Shown piece by piece: positions 7,728-16,210 of a DNA stretch of 38,337 bases. The number at the start of each line of letters is the position of its first letter. Within the stretch, counting starts at the first letter, position 1. The DNA is from an uncultured Methanomicrobia archaeon (GTDB taxonomy: Archaea; Halobacteriota; Bog-38; Methanoflorentales; Methanoflorentaceae). Both the position numbers and the translations under genes were made by a program. Below the pieces are notes generated by a model, which worked only from the letters and a program-made list of their open reading frames with translations, was not told the origin of the DNA and ran no database searches. The stretch covers positions 1 to 38,337 of the forward strand of contig CAZHSW010000099.1 of NCBI GenBank assembly GCA_964534635.1, read 5' to 3'.

Positions 7728-9227
7728 TTAAGGGGGGTCGCCAGCGGCCTCTTTAAGCCGAGCAATAACAAAATCTGGATCTAATGACGTTAAAAACCAG
7801 CCTGCGCGGGGTCCTGATGGTTTGGCAAGCAGCGAGAGATAGATAGCTTTAAACGCGTCTTTGGCGTCGATCCCTACTCGCTCACTTACGCTGTAAATCT
7901 GATTGTGAACCCACTCTGGGTCGTTTCCTTTCGTTTCCAGCGATGTAGCAAGTTTTTCCAGTGCTTTTTTTTGCGCGTTGGTCAGCGTTTTCACTTGAAC
8001 TGGAAGTGTTTGTTGAACCTGAAACTTGACGAACTCAGGGGCAAAGCGGTCGAGCCAAGATCTTACGTTGCGAGCTCTTTTTTTGAGAGCGCCGATATTA
8101 GTGACTTCGTAGCCGCTTCGCCTGAGAACTTGAATGAGCTCCTCGCATCCGTGCGCGATTTGAACTGCAGTGACTAAATGTTTAAAGGGAATATTACACT
8201 CTTGTTCAGAGATTCGAGATAATTCGACAGCCCGGCCTTTGTCGTGGTCAAATTCATCAACGAGCGTCAAGAGTCCTAAGCCTGGATCGAAGTCGATGAG
8301 CTTCTCAGGCTTTGTTTTGATTATCATATACCGCAGAACTTCGGCAGGTGCGCTTTGAAGCATATCACCTATGCTGATGGTCACCCCTTTGGAACTCGAC
8401 ATTTTTCCGCGTCCTTTCAAGTGTATATGGCCATATGGCACCGGTCGCGGGGCGCGATACCCATACACCTCCTCTGAAATGCGTTTGCCTGTGTCGTAGG
8501 AGCCTCCAGCAACTGCGTGATCCTTGCCGAACGGTTCGACCGTTACTCCGAGAATTTCCCAACGAGCCGGCCAGTCGATGCGCCAAGCGAGTTTGCCTTG
8601 CCCCCTCGAGTAATCCGCCGTGCCTTCGCCGCCGCACAGGCATCTATAGCGGACTGAATTTTGCGCAGGAATGTGCTCGATGATTTGTGCCGCGCTAATT
8701 CTTCGGCAGTGCTCGCATAGCGGATTAAATGGGCTCCAATCTTCAGCCAATTTTCGCTTAGAAACGGACTCAATTATGTTTGCGATAACGTCTCGCCGCT
8801 CGAGGGCGATCTTAGTCGCTTCGGTGTACAATCCGTTCTTATACATCTCGTCTGCCAGGTAAACTTCCGGTGCAATGTCAAGTTCGTGCAGCGAGTCCGA
8901 GAAAGGTCTGAGATAATGTTCTGCGTAGCTCCCGCAACAGCCAAAAGGATCTGGGATTTCCGACAACGGCATGCCAACGTACTTTCTGCAAACTGTCGGC
9001 AAGAAAGGATACAGCGTTCGGAGCGGATCATATGTGTCAGCAACATATATCAGGCGGGCCGCTTTTCCGCTGTCTTTGATTGCTCTAAATATGGCGTCGG
9101 CTGTGACGACTTCTCGCATGTTGCCCACGTGGATGTTGCCCGAAGGGGTGATTCCGGTGGCTATGATTTGATCATCATTAACCGCACGTGCGATGACGTC
9201 GGCCCAGTGAATGCGCGTTTCTTCCAT
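7728..9227 (-). CDS. lysK: Lysyl-tRNA synthetase, class I
   Basis: The ~500 aa size, a HIGH-like motif (GNIHVGNMREV) and a KMSKS-like motif (GKMSSSKG) together fit the architecture typical of archaeal class I LysRS. Confidence 0.9.
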   Translation of the reverse strand: MEETRIHWADVIARAVNDDQIIATGITPSGNIHVGNMREVVTADAIFRAIKDSGKAARLIYVADTYDPLRTLYPFLPTVCRKYVGMPLSEIPDPFGCCGSYAEHYLRPFSDSLHELDIAPEVYLADEMYKNGLYTEATKIALERRDVIANIIESVSKRKLAEDWSPFNPLCEHCRRISAAQIIEHIPAQNSVRYRCLCGGEGTADYSRGQGKLAWRIDWPARWEILGVTVEPFGKDHAVAGGSYDTGKRISEEVYGYRAPRPVPYGHIHLKGRGKMSSSKGVTISIGDMLQSAPAEVLRYMIIKTKPEKLIDFDPGLGLLTLVDEFDHDKGRAVELSRISEQECNIPFKHLVTAVQIAHGCEELIQVLRRSGYEVTNIGALKKRARNVRSWLDRFAPEFVKFQVQQTLPVQVKTLTNAQKKALEKLATSLETKGNDPEWVHNQIYSVSERVGIDAKDAFKAIYLSLLAKPSGPRAGWFLTSLDPDFVIARLKEAAGDPP

Positions 9228-9350
9228 TGCTCAGATTCTTGTGGTTTCGTTTAGCAAAATTGTCTTGCGGAAACGTCTCGTCCTCACGAGTCTCAAAAGT
9301 AGATCATTAGGTACCTATGCTCGAAATGAATCGTATCGTGGAAATGCGGA

Positions 9351-9686
9351 TCATAGCGTCTCGTCACGAATCCAATCTAGATACGGTGAGCTTCCTGACG
9401 TTATTCCAAAGCAAATGATGCACGGGTTTTCATAACTGTGTAGCTGCCGTACTCTAGCAGTAACTTGCTCGACGAGAGCGGTCTTAGTCTTGATCGACAA
9501 GGCGTACTCTTCCCCCTCTTCGATGTTTCCCTGCCATCTGTACACTGATGTTATCCTATGCATGTTGACACAAGCTCCTAGCTTCTCGTTAATAATTGCG
9601 TTTGCGATGCGCTTTGCCTCTTCAAAAGTCGGTGCAGTTACGTATATCTCACAGAACATCATCACACCACTTAAGGTGAAAGCCAT
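9351..9686 (-). CDS. cutA: Divalent-cation tolerance protein CutA
   Basis: IYVTAPTFEEAKRIANAIINEKLGACVN..SVYRWQGNIEE..E..L.IKT is the CutA1 pattern. The true start may be the internal ATG-ATG at 9662/9659, which is preceded by GGTG and would give ~103 aa. Confidence 0.85.
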   Translation of the reverse strand: MAFTLSGVMMFCEIYVTAPTFEEAKRIANAIINEKLGACVNMHRITSVYRWQGNIEEGEEYALSIKTKTALVEQVTARVRQLHSYENPCIICFGITSGSSPYLDWIRDETL

Positions 9687-11024
9687 TTGGACTATTATAC
9701 TCTTGCGTTAACGGTCTTTGCAGCTTATTGGCTCCTTGTTATCTTTCTAAATGCTCGAGGGATTCTTGCGCGTTACGGCATTAGCTCGTATGGTCCAATT
9801 CTCATGCTGCGCACAACGAAGGGGTTGCCCATCTTGGATAGACTAGCTCGTCCCAAGCGGTTTTGGAGGACGTTCGCCAACATCGGTATTCCCCTGGCGG
9901 TGATTGCCATGTTCTTCATGCTGGCGATACTCTTCGTTGGCGACGTTAGAATCTTGATCACACAGCCAGCGCCCACCGCTCTCAACGCTCCGCGAAACAT
10001 TCTCCTGTTACCAGGAATTAACGAGTTTGTTCCGCTCACGTGGGGATTGATTGGTTTAATAGTCACGCTCGTGGTTCATGAGCTCGCTCACGCAATCTTA
10101 AGTCGGGTAGCTGATGTCAAAGTCAAGTCAATTGGTCTTTTGGTTGCGTTACTGCCTATTGGGGCGTTTGCAGAGCCGGATGAGTCGCAGCTTTTGGGAA
10201 CGGATTCTAAGCGAGGCGAAAAGGTTGCGACTCGGCCCGAGCGGCTGAGAGTGTTTAGCGCTGGAATCACTGCCAACTTCGTCGTTGCATTTTTTGCTTT
10301 CGTCCTATTCTTTGGCCCTGTGCTTTCTTCGGTCGCCGCGGTGGGAGGACTTGGCGTCGTAAACGTCGTTCAGGGATCTCCGGCGGAAAAAGCAGGCCTT
10401 AAACCAGGAATGATAATTTATCAGATCGATGGAACTCAAATCTCTAATGACAATGATTTTCAAGCGTTTATGAACGCAACTCACGAGAGGCAGGTCGTGA
10501 CCGTGAAAGCGACAGACCACAGAACGTCCAGAAGCTTTGTGGTTATCTTGAGCGAAAATCCGAACTACGACAAAGGGTTTTTAGGCATCCAGGGAGGTTC
10601 GGCGGACGAAGTAATTGGATTCTTGAAGGCGATCCCTTCTCATCTTGATACGTATCAAGGTTGGGGGGCTCTTATCGGGCTGCCACTGCTTTTCTTCCGC
10701 GGGTTCGTCGGCGCAGCTTCTAATCTATATCAGCCGATCGGATGGGCGGCTCCGCTCGGGAACGCTTTTTTTTGGGTAGCAAACACTCTGCTCTGGGTCG
10801 GCTGGATCAACTTTTACGTGGGGCTTTTTAACTGTCTACCAGCAGTTCCTTTGGATGGTGGGCACATATTTCGGGAGCTTTTTGGCTCACTAACCGAAAA
10901 GGTGTTAACAAGCAAGAAGGACCAGGAACGCATCACAAATACCCTCGTAACTACGCTCGGCGTTGTCATACTGTCTTCGTTCCTACTCTTGCTTCTTGGT
11001 CCCTACATATTTGGAGCTGTCTGA
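9687..11024 (+). CDS. Site-2 protease family (M50) membrane metalloprotease with PDZ domain
   Basis: HELAHAILSR (HExxH) lies in a TM helix and NCLPAVPLDGGHIF is the second metal-ligand motif. A PDZ-like insert (GSPAEKAGLKPGMIIYQIDG) and multiple hydrophobic segments are present. The putative start is TTG. Confidence 0.88.
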   Translation: MDYYTLALTVFAAYWLLVIFLNARGILARYGISSYGPILMLRTTKGLPILDRLARPKRFWRTFANIGIPLAVIAMFFMLAILFVGDVRILITQPAPTALNAPRNILLLPGINEFVPLTWGLIGLIVTLVVHELAHAILSRVADVKVKSIGLLVALLPIGAFAEPDESQLLGTDSKRGEKVATRPERLRVFSAGITANFVVAFFAFVLFFGPVLSSVAAVGGLGVVNVVQGSPAEKAGLKPGMIIYQIDGTQISNDNDFQAFMNATHERQVVTVKATDHRTSRSFVVILSENPNYDKGFLGIQGGSADEVIGFLKAIPSHLDTYQGWGALIGLPLLFFRGFVGAASNLYQPIGWAAPLGNAFFWVANTLLWVGWINFYVGLFNCLPAVPLDGGHIFRELFGSLTEKVLTSKKDQERITNTLVTTLGVVILSSFLLLLLGPYIFGAV

Positions 11025-11306
11025 GGACTCTGTACTTGGAAGAGCATCTCTCATTAGTTTGACGTCTCTGCTGCGGTTGTTGTCAGAAATTAGGGATAGA
11101 ACTAATCTCAGTCTTCACGTACTTACGCGCGAGAGTATAGTCTGCAAAAAAGAAAAGAAGCTTTTGGCTTTGCTTGCAGTCACTATAACTAAGTACAACC
11201 CAAAACGTCTAAGACAAAACGATTACTGTGAGGAGCCAGTTTTTTTTGTAAGTTGGTAGACCGGTTACTATGTTATAGCTTTGCTCGCGTAGATCAAGCC
11301 TACATC

Positions 11307-11363
11307 AAAAAACGTCTCAGGAGGTTGTGATCTTTTGGGTCGATGACTGATCACAAGCTGAGA
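11307..11363 (-). terminator. Hairpin plus U-tract downstream of ribB (intrinsic-terminator-like)
   Basis: On the minus strand, 27 nt after the ribB stop, CTCAG/CTGAG-type arms (11358-11363 with 11315-11320) and GTGATC arms (11349-11355 with 11326-11332) form a 13-bp interrupted stem. It is followed by ACG + T6 (A6 on the plus strand at 11307-11312). Confidence 0.5.
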
Positions 11364-11390
11364 TTCTAAAATACTGACATAGTTTAATGT

Positions 11391-12110
11391 TCAAGAACGC
11401 TTGTCAGCCAGCGCCTTTTCGGAGCGTTCGTACGCATCGGTTATAGCTTGTCCCGTCACGAATTCTAGCCCGTTTCTTTTTGCGTATTTGATTGAATCTT
11501 GCTTTGAGAGGGCTTTACCCGATTTGGCGTCAAGCATTTCGCACATGGCCATTGCCGGAGTAATCCCTGCCATATTAGCTAGAGCTATTGAAAGCTCTGT
11601 CTGTCCTTTGCGTTCTGAGATCAGCCCTTGCGCTGCTCGAAGCAATGGAACGTGGCCAGGCGAGCGAAACGACGCTCCGAAGTCGAATGGACGGCTAAGG
11701 GTCACAGTCTCTACAGCGACGCCAATATTTGAGATTGTAAGTGCACGGTCTATGTCCGTTATTCCGGTTCTGACTTTTCTGTGGTTTACAGCGATTGAGA
11801 AAGAGGACCGTGTATCGTAAGACAGATCGCCAGGTCGCTCGCAGACAGTGCCGAGCCTCAGGCCTTTTCCGTTAGAGCTGACGAACTTCAAGATGTCTGC
11901 CATATACGGTAAGCAGAGCATTTCAGCAGCGTATGGGGAAATGGCCACGCAAATCAGCCCCCCCGCTTCGATGCGCATTCGTGCCACTTGCGCGGGCGTC
12001 GTCGACAACGCGGGAACTACCATATCAGTTTCGCGTTCTCTGTCTTCTGAGTCGTAAATAAGTACCATCTGGCCCCGTCTGACTGCATCTATAGCTTGGG
12101 CTGTGCTCAC
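11391..12110 (-). CDS. ribB: 3,4-dihydroxy-2-butanone-4-phosphate synthase
   Basis: AIDAVRRGQMVLIYDSEDRERETDMVVPA..GLICVA..RPGHV are RibB blocks. The track ORF extends to 12263, but that part overlaps ribK in another frame. GTG at 12110 forms a GTGA overlap with the ribK stop. Confidence 0.88.
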   Translation of the reverse strand: MSTAQAIDAVRRGQMVLIYDSEDRERETDMVVPALSTTPAQVARMRIEAGGLICVAISPYAAEMLCLPYMADILKFVSSNGKGLRLGTVCERPGDLSYDTRSSFSIAVNHRKVRTGITDIDRALTISNIGVAVETVTLSRPFDFGASFRSPGHVPLLRAAQGLISERKGQTELSIALANMAGITPAMAMCEMLDAKSGKALSKQDSIKYAKRNGLEFVTGQAITDAYERSEKALADKRS

Positions 12111-12751
12111 GCAATCACAACCTTGATGAAATGGCCATTGTTGACATTTAGAGTCTCTTTGATTGAGACAGGAGCAACGGTCTCTATGATGTCGTTGTGA
12201 TAGTGGGAGCGGTCTGGCACGATTACAGCGCCATCGATTCTTCCAATCGAACCTACATAGCACTTAATGCCCCCGTACGAGCGATTATTGGTTTTAAAGC
12301 TCGAAATATAGATCGGGGTGAGGTTGTTGAGCCTCACTCGTGCCGTTGCGCTGCTATCGTCTAGTTTGATGTTTAACGTGCCAGGATACGGAGTAAAGCC
12401 GAGTAATTCTTCAAATTGTTTAGTGTAGCCTCGAATTGACAGATAGTACCTACCTTCGCCTAAGCCTGACACGATCTTGCCGTTCAATTCAATCGCTTTT
12501 GTTGCTTCGAAAATTGATTTGTAGGCTAGGTATCGCTCCTTGAGCACGTTAGACCCTCGTTCGGTAATAACAACAGCTTGTGATCTTCCTGATGGTGCTC
12601 TTCCAATCAAGCCTGCAGCTTCAAGTTCTTTTAGCCGTCGAGAGGCTGTCATGGGGCTTGTCTCGAGCCTTTTTGCAAACGTGGCTGCTGATACTTGAAC
12701 TGGCTTCTGCGCAGCATCCATAAGCGCAAGTTCAAGGAGCGGGTCCTTCAT
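12107..12751 (-). CDS. ribK: CTP-dependent riboflavin kinase fused to an N-terminal winged-helix DNA-binding domain (RbkR-type)
   Basis: The N-terminal wHTH is ..FAKRLETSPMTASRRLKELEAAGLI... The C-terminal archaeal RibK blocks are GKIVSGLGEGRYY, GFTPYPGTLNIKL and IVPDRSHY. ATG 12751 is preceded by GAGGA (rc of 12756-12760). An in-frame TTG lies at 12754. Confidence 0.85.
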   Translation of the reverse strand: MKDPLLELALMDAAQKPVQVSAATFAKRLETSPMTASRRLKELEAAGLIGRAPSGRSQAVVITERGSNVLKERYLAYKSIFEATKAIELNGKIVSGLGEGRYYLSIRGYTKQFEELLGFTPYPGTLNIKLDDSSATARVRLNNLTPIYISSFKTNNRSYGGIKCYVGSIGRIDGAVIVPDRSHYHNDIIETVAPVSIKETLNVNNGHFIKVVIA

Positions 12752-12762
12752 CAAATCCTCAT

Positions 12763-12785
12763 TACCATTATTGGTATATATATCA
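12763..12785 (-). promoter_or_regulatory. TATA box plus inverted repeat TACCA-N4-TGGTA immediately upstream of ribK (candidate RbkR operator)
   Basis: Plus strand 12763-12776 is TACCATTATTGGTA (5-bp inverted arms, 4-bp spacer). It is directly followed by TATATATAT (12775-12783). The ribK ATG at 12751 lies about 29 nt from the TATA centre. Confidence 0.45.
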
Positions 12786-12988
12786 ACCTTGAGCCACTCT
12801 TATAAGAAAGTTTGCGACAAAATGTCTTAGCCCACATAGCGTTTGATGTAGGTTTAGAAACTGCTTGATTATTTCAAGTAGCGTATGTCTGACTTGCAAG
12901 CATTATAGCGGGAACGCTGGTCGCACAGGATTCGTTGACTAAAGAACTGTGTTTGAATAGAGCCTTTAGCTAGGCTACGTTGTAAGCC

Positions 12989-13009
12989 GCAAGTTGAGAA
13001 GCAAGTTGA
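12989..13009. repeat. Direct repeat GCAAGTTGA x2 (period 12)
   Basis: GCAAGTTGA occurs at 12989-12997 and again at 13001-13009, 11-31 nt beyond the sepS stop. The repeat is exact, and its function is unknown. Confidence 0.6.
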
Positions 13010-13019
13010 CCAATGTCGT

Positions 13020-14612
13020 TCAGGTCGCTTGCATGCGCACTGTTGTAAAAACTGGGCCGCGGAGATCAATCTTTTTGTTTCGACTTGTTATGTATCGAAT
13101 CGCTACCGGGTCTATTTGGATATTTATATCACCCGGGGAGCGAGAAATACGCACTCGCGCTTCGAGTTCACTTCTGCCCTCTCGGATGGCCCGCTCGACA
13201 GCGTACGCCGCTTCCGCGGCGAAAGCTTGTATATAGCTGATACCGGTCGAAATCCCTTTGGACGTGGAAGCGCCTATAATGTTTCCCTCTTCAACGAAAA
13301 TCTTATTTTGGAATGCTGGTCCGCACAGCTTTGCGTTCTCTTCAGGTTCAACAACGCTGACTCGCACAAGTTTATTTTGCAACTGTCCCTCCCAAGCTGC
13401 GAACTTGACAGGGCTCGCATCTGCGCCGTGCGCTAAGCAGACATCGACGATTGCCTGCTCAATCTCCTTCCCTTGCGGCGTAGCCGGGGTGTGTTTGAGT
13501 GTAATCAACTTCAGTAAATCCTGATCAGTTAAGACAAACTCACCATAGAACTGAGGATATGCGAGGGCCCTAATGTCTTCGTAAGCGTGCACGAGCATCG
13601 CGATTCGTTCAACCCCAAAACCGCAGTTAAGGACAGGGAAGTCGATGCCGTAGTTGGCAAGCGTTACCGGACTATACAGTCCGAAATCTGCTACTTCTAG
13701 CCATTCTCTATCTCCGTCACTGACACCGTCGGAGCGAATACGATGTGCGAAAGCTTCAAAGTGCTTGCCGGGCGCATAATAAGTATCAGTACCGGTGGCA
13801 ACTTGCGTGAACTGAAAATCGTCAAATCCAAAAGGGCGCAAGAACTCCTCTACTATCCATTTTCCCAGATCAACGGACACGTCTTCGTCCATCAAAACGC
13901 ACGAAGCTGAATCGTGTACTCGAAGGTGCGTCGCGTCTTCACGTTGCTCTCTTCGATAGCGAGGGCCAATTGAGAACAACTTCACGGGAAGCGGGCGGTA
14001 TTTTTGAACAGTTGCGAGTGTATCGAACCAGGCTGCCGTCATGTGTGATCGCAGCGTGAGGGTCGAAGGAAGTGGCTTTAAGTCTTTGAATTCGAAAAAA
14101 ACCTTCTCAAACACTTCTATTGCGAGGTCATCTGTGACCCTCAATTCTTTCGCGATCTCCCTTATGAGTTCGTCACTTTCGAGCTCTCCTGTCTTCAGTC
14201 GGTGAAGAGTGAGCTGAAGTGCAGCCACGCGCTCAGGCGGCAAGTCGATGCCGAATCTCTTAATCTCTGCCTGTTTTTGTGAGCTGAGGCCTACGTCAGG
14301 TCGTGGGAGGGCAGCGAGATAGTAGCACCGATCAAGTATGGCATATCCAGTCGGCCCCCACTGTTTCATTATATCTTCTTGTGGGAATATGGTCTCATTG
14401 ATGATTTCATCGAACCCAAGTTCCAGCAGTCGCTGCCGCATTCTTTCGATGAGATCGTTCAGTTGATGCGGCTTGCCAGCTTGTGCAACTGGCGCAACGC
14501 GGTCCAAGTTGTAGGTGCTGCCGTCGTTGAATAGTTCGCCGCCGTACCTCCAGGCCTCTTCGAAGCTTTTTTCCTTAAGTCGCAGAATCTCGTCTTTGGG
14601 GATCTTCTTCAA
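13020..14612 (-). CDS. sepS: O-phosphoserine--tRNA(Cys) ligase (SepRS)
   Basis: The protein is 530 aa. TLTLRSHMTAAWF, RREQREDATHL, NAKLCGPAF and IDLRGPVFTTV parallel the Methanocaldococcus SepRS blocks as I recall them. The TTG start (14612) has GGAGG (rc of 14621-14625) 8 nt upstream. Confidence 0.93.
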   Translation of the reverse strand: MKKIPKDEILRLKEKSFEEAWRYGGELFNDGSTYNLDRVAPVAQAGKPHQLNDLIERMRQRLLELGFDEIINETIFPQEDIMKQWGPTGYAILDRCYYLAALPRPDVGLSSQKQAEIKRFGIDLPPERVAALQLTLHRLKTGELESDELIREIAKELRVTDDLAIEVFEKVFFEFKDLKPLPSTLTLRSHMTAAWFDTLATVQKYRPLPVKLFSIGPRYRREQREDATHLRVHDSASCVLMDEDVSVDLGKWIVEEFLRPFGFDDFQFTQVATGTDTYYAPGKHFEAFAHRIRSDGVSDGDREWLEVADFGLYSPVTLANYGIDFPVLNCGFGVERIAMLVHAYEDIRALAYPQFYGEFVLTDQDLLKLITLKHTPATPQGKEIEQAIVDVCLAHGADASPVKFAAWEGQLQNKLVRVSVVEPEENAKLCGPAFQNKIFVEEGNIIGASTSKGISTGISYIQAFAAEAAYAVERAIREGRSELEARVRISRSPGDINIQIDPVAIRYITSRNKKIDLRGPVFTTVRMQAT

Positions 14613-14671
14613 AACAGCAGCCTCCGATACGGAGCCTAGATAGCCCTTTCCGATTACACGTGCAAAACGGC

Positions 14672-14679
14672 TTATAAAT
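14672..14679 (-). promoter_or_regulatory. TATA-box-like element for sepS (possibly bidirectional)
   Basis: TTATAAAT lies at 14672-14679 in the divergent spacer. It is about 63 nt upstream of the sepS TTG, which gives a ~35-nt leader carrying the GGAGG. Confidence 0.4.
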
Positions 14680-14791
14680 CCCTTAACACGATCATACTTA
14701 AGTTTTTACGTGATGAGCGGGCATTTAGCGCATACGAGAACTCAAGGCCAGTCTAAACACACGAGAACAAGCGGTCCGAAAAGCCCACGAG

Positions 14792-15865
14792 GTGCGAAAA
14801 GAATTGACGCGGAATGTGGACAAAAAGTGCAAAGGATGCGAGTTGTGCCAACTAGGCGCGAAAATGGTGCTTTTTGTGACGGGCGTTTGCCACGGCGCAT
14901 GTTTTTACTGTCCGTTGTCTGAACGACGGAAAGGCAAGGACATCGGATACGCCAATGAGCGGCTGGTTCAGTCTGACGCTGACGTTATAAAAGAAGCACG
15001 ATCGATGGATGCGCTCGGCACAGGCATTACGGGAGGCGAGCCGTTGTTGAAGCTGACGAGGGTTACGCATTACGTCAAGCTTTTAAAAAGCGAGTTTGGG
15101 GCCGAACATCACGTTCACCTTTACAGCGCTTTAGCTCCTTCTAAACGCACGCTTGCCCTGCTTGCCGCGGTCGGGCTGGACGAGATCCGCTTGCACCCGC
15201 CGATTGATGAGTGGGAGCATTTCTCATCATCTCCGCATTATGCAGCGCTCAAACATGCCAAGTCGCTGAGCTTGGATGTAGGCATTGAGATCCCGGCAAT
15301 TAAGTCTGTGCCTGCAATTGTTGAAGCCCTTCATGAGCTTGGAGGATTTCTAAACCTCAATGAATTGGAATTTTCAGAGACAAACTACAGCGCGATGGTT
15401 GCGCGAGGATTCGTTCCCTGTGAATCGAACTATGCAGCACGCGGCAGTCGTGAGATTGCCGAACAGATTGTAGCTGGCGCGCCGCTCGCGCATTTCTGTT
15501 CTTCCGCATCAAAGGATAGCGTCCAACTGAGAGAGCGACTCAAGCGAAAAGCACAGCGCTTGGCTTTGCCTTTTCAGGAAGTTACTGAAGACGGAACGCT
15601 TGTATACGGCATCTTGGAATCTGGGGGAAATCACAGCTCGCTGGCGAACCTTTCCAGCGACAAGTTTGAAGTTGTTAACGGTACGCTGCTGACGTCGTGG
15701 CGATTAGCCCTCGAATTGGCCATTAATCAGCCCGAACTCGCTGAGAAGGCACGGATCGTTGAGAGTTATCCTGACGGAATGGTTGTTGAGGTCACGCCGC
15801 TCAGCGGCCGCTTAAAACCGAAAACGTCAATACCTGGGGTCGATTTACACTCGCTTAGGATGTGA
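14792..15865 (+). CDS. Radical SAM protein (COG2108-like, related to activating enzymes)
   Basis: LFVTGVCHGACFYCPLS carries the CxxxCxxC cluster motif, preceded by CKGCELC. GGEPLL is also present. The start is tentative: GTG at 14792, with alternatives at GTG 14816 and ATG 14864. Confidence 0.75.
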   Translation: MRKELTRNVDKKCKGCELCQLGAKMVLFVTGVCHGACFYCPLSERRKGKDIGYANERLVQSDADVIKEARSMDALGTGITGGEPLLKLTRVTHYVKLLKSEFGAEHHVHLYSALAPSKRTLALLAAVGLDEIRLHPPIDEWEHFSSSPHYAALKHAKSLSLDVGIEIPAIKSVPAIVEALHELGGFLNLNELEFSETNYSAMVARGFVPCESNYAARGSREIAEQIVAGAPLAHFCSSASKDSVQLRERLKRKAQRLALPFQEVTEDGTLVYGILESGGNHSSLANLSSDKFEVVNGTLLTSWRLALELAINQPELAEKARIVESYPDGMVVEVTPLSGRLKPKTSIPGVDLHSLRM

Positions 15866-16203
15866 TCGAGCTGGACGGCAAACGCGTTGAAGACCGGCTG
15901 AAGACTTATCTCGAAAGGGATGGATCTGGAGTACGAAGAGCCGTGCTCGAAATGTTTCTACAAAAGCATATTTTTACGACTGAAGAGGTTTATCTTTATC
16001 TAAAAGAAAGCGGCTACACGGTAAGTTATCGCGGGGTCTCTGCAATGGTAGGTCTTATGAACACCAGACTGGGCATCTTCCGGATTGACGTCACGAAGAA
16101 CCACAACGTCTATTCCTTGAAGGACTCATATGAAGACGTCGTTCGGTCGCTGTTGAGCGAAGAAGGCCCCATTGAATCAATAACTAGGGACGGAGTATTT
16201 TAA
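15862..16203 (+). CDS. Small conserved archaeal protein, DUF2551-like (probable wHTH)
   Basis: RRAVLEMFLQKHIFTTEEVYLYLKESGYTVSYRGVSAMVGLMNTRLGI resembles the methanogen DUF2551 family as I recall it. The GTG start overlaps the upstream stop (GTGA, 15862-15865). Confidence 0.5.
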   Translation: MIELDGKRVEDRLKTYLERDGSGVRRAVLEMFLQKHIFTTEEVYLYLKESGYTVSYRGVSAMVGLMNTRLGIFRIDVTKNHNVYSLKDSYEDVVRSLLSEEGPIESITRDGVF

Positions 16204-16210
16204 TAATTTT

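Noticed and set aside
10963-11259. A 98-aa ORF overlapping the end of the M50 protease gene and extending into the spacer. Also ORFs 12869-13069 and 14710-14922 in intergenic regions.
   Set aside because: They have no translation signals, low-complexity or basic composition, and overlap with better-supported features.
12111-12263. The N-terminal extension of the ribB ORF (the track gives 11391..12263).
   Set aside because: The extension overlaps the ribK 3' end in another frame and translates to a Cys/Arg/His-rich junk-like sequence. RibB homology begins right after the GTG at 12110.
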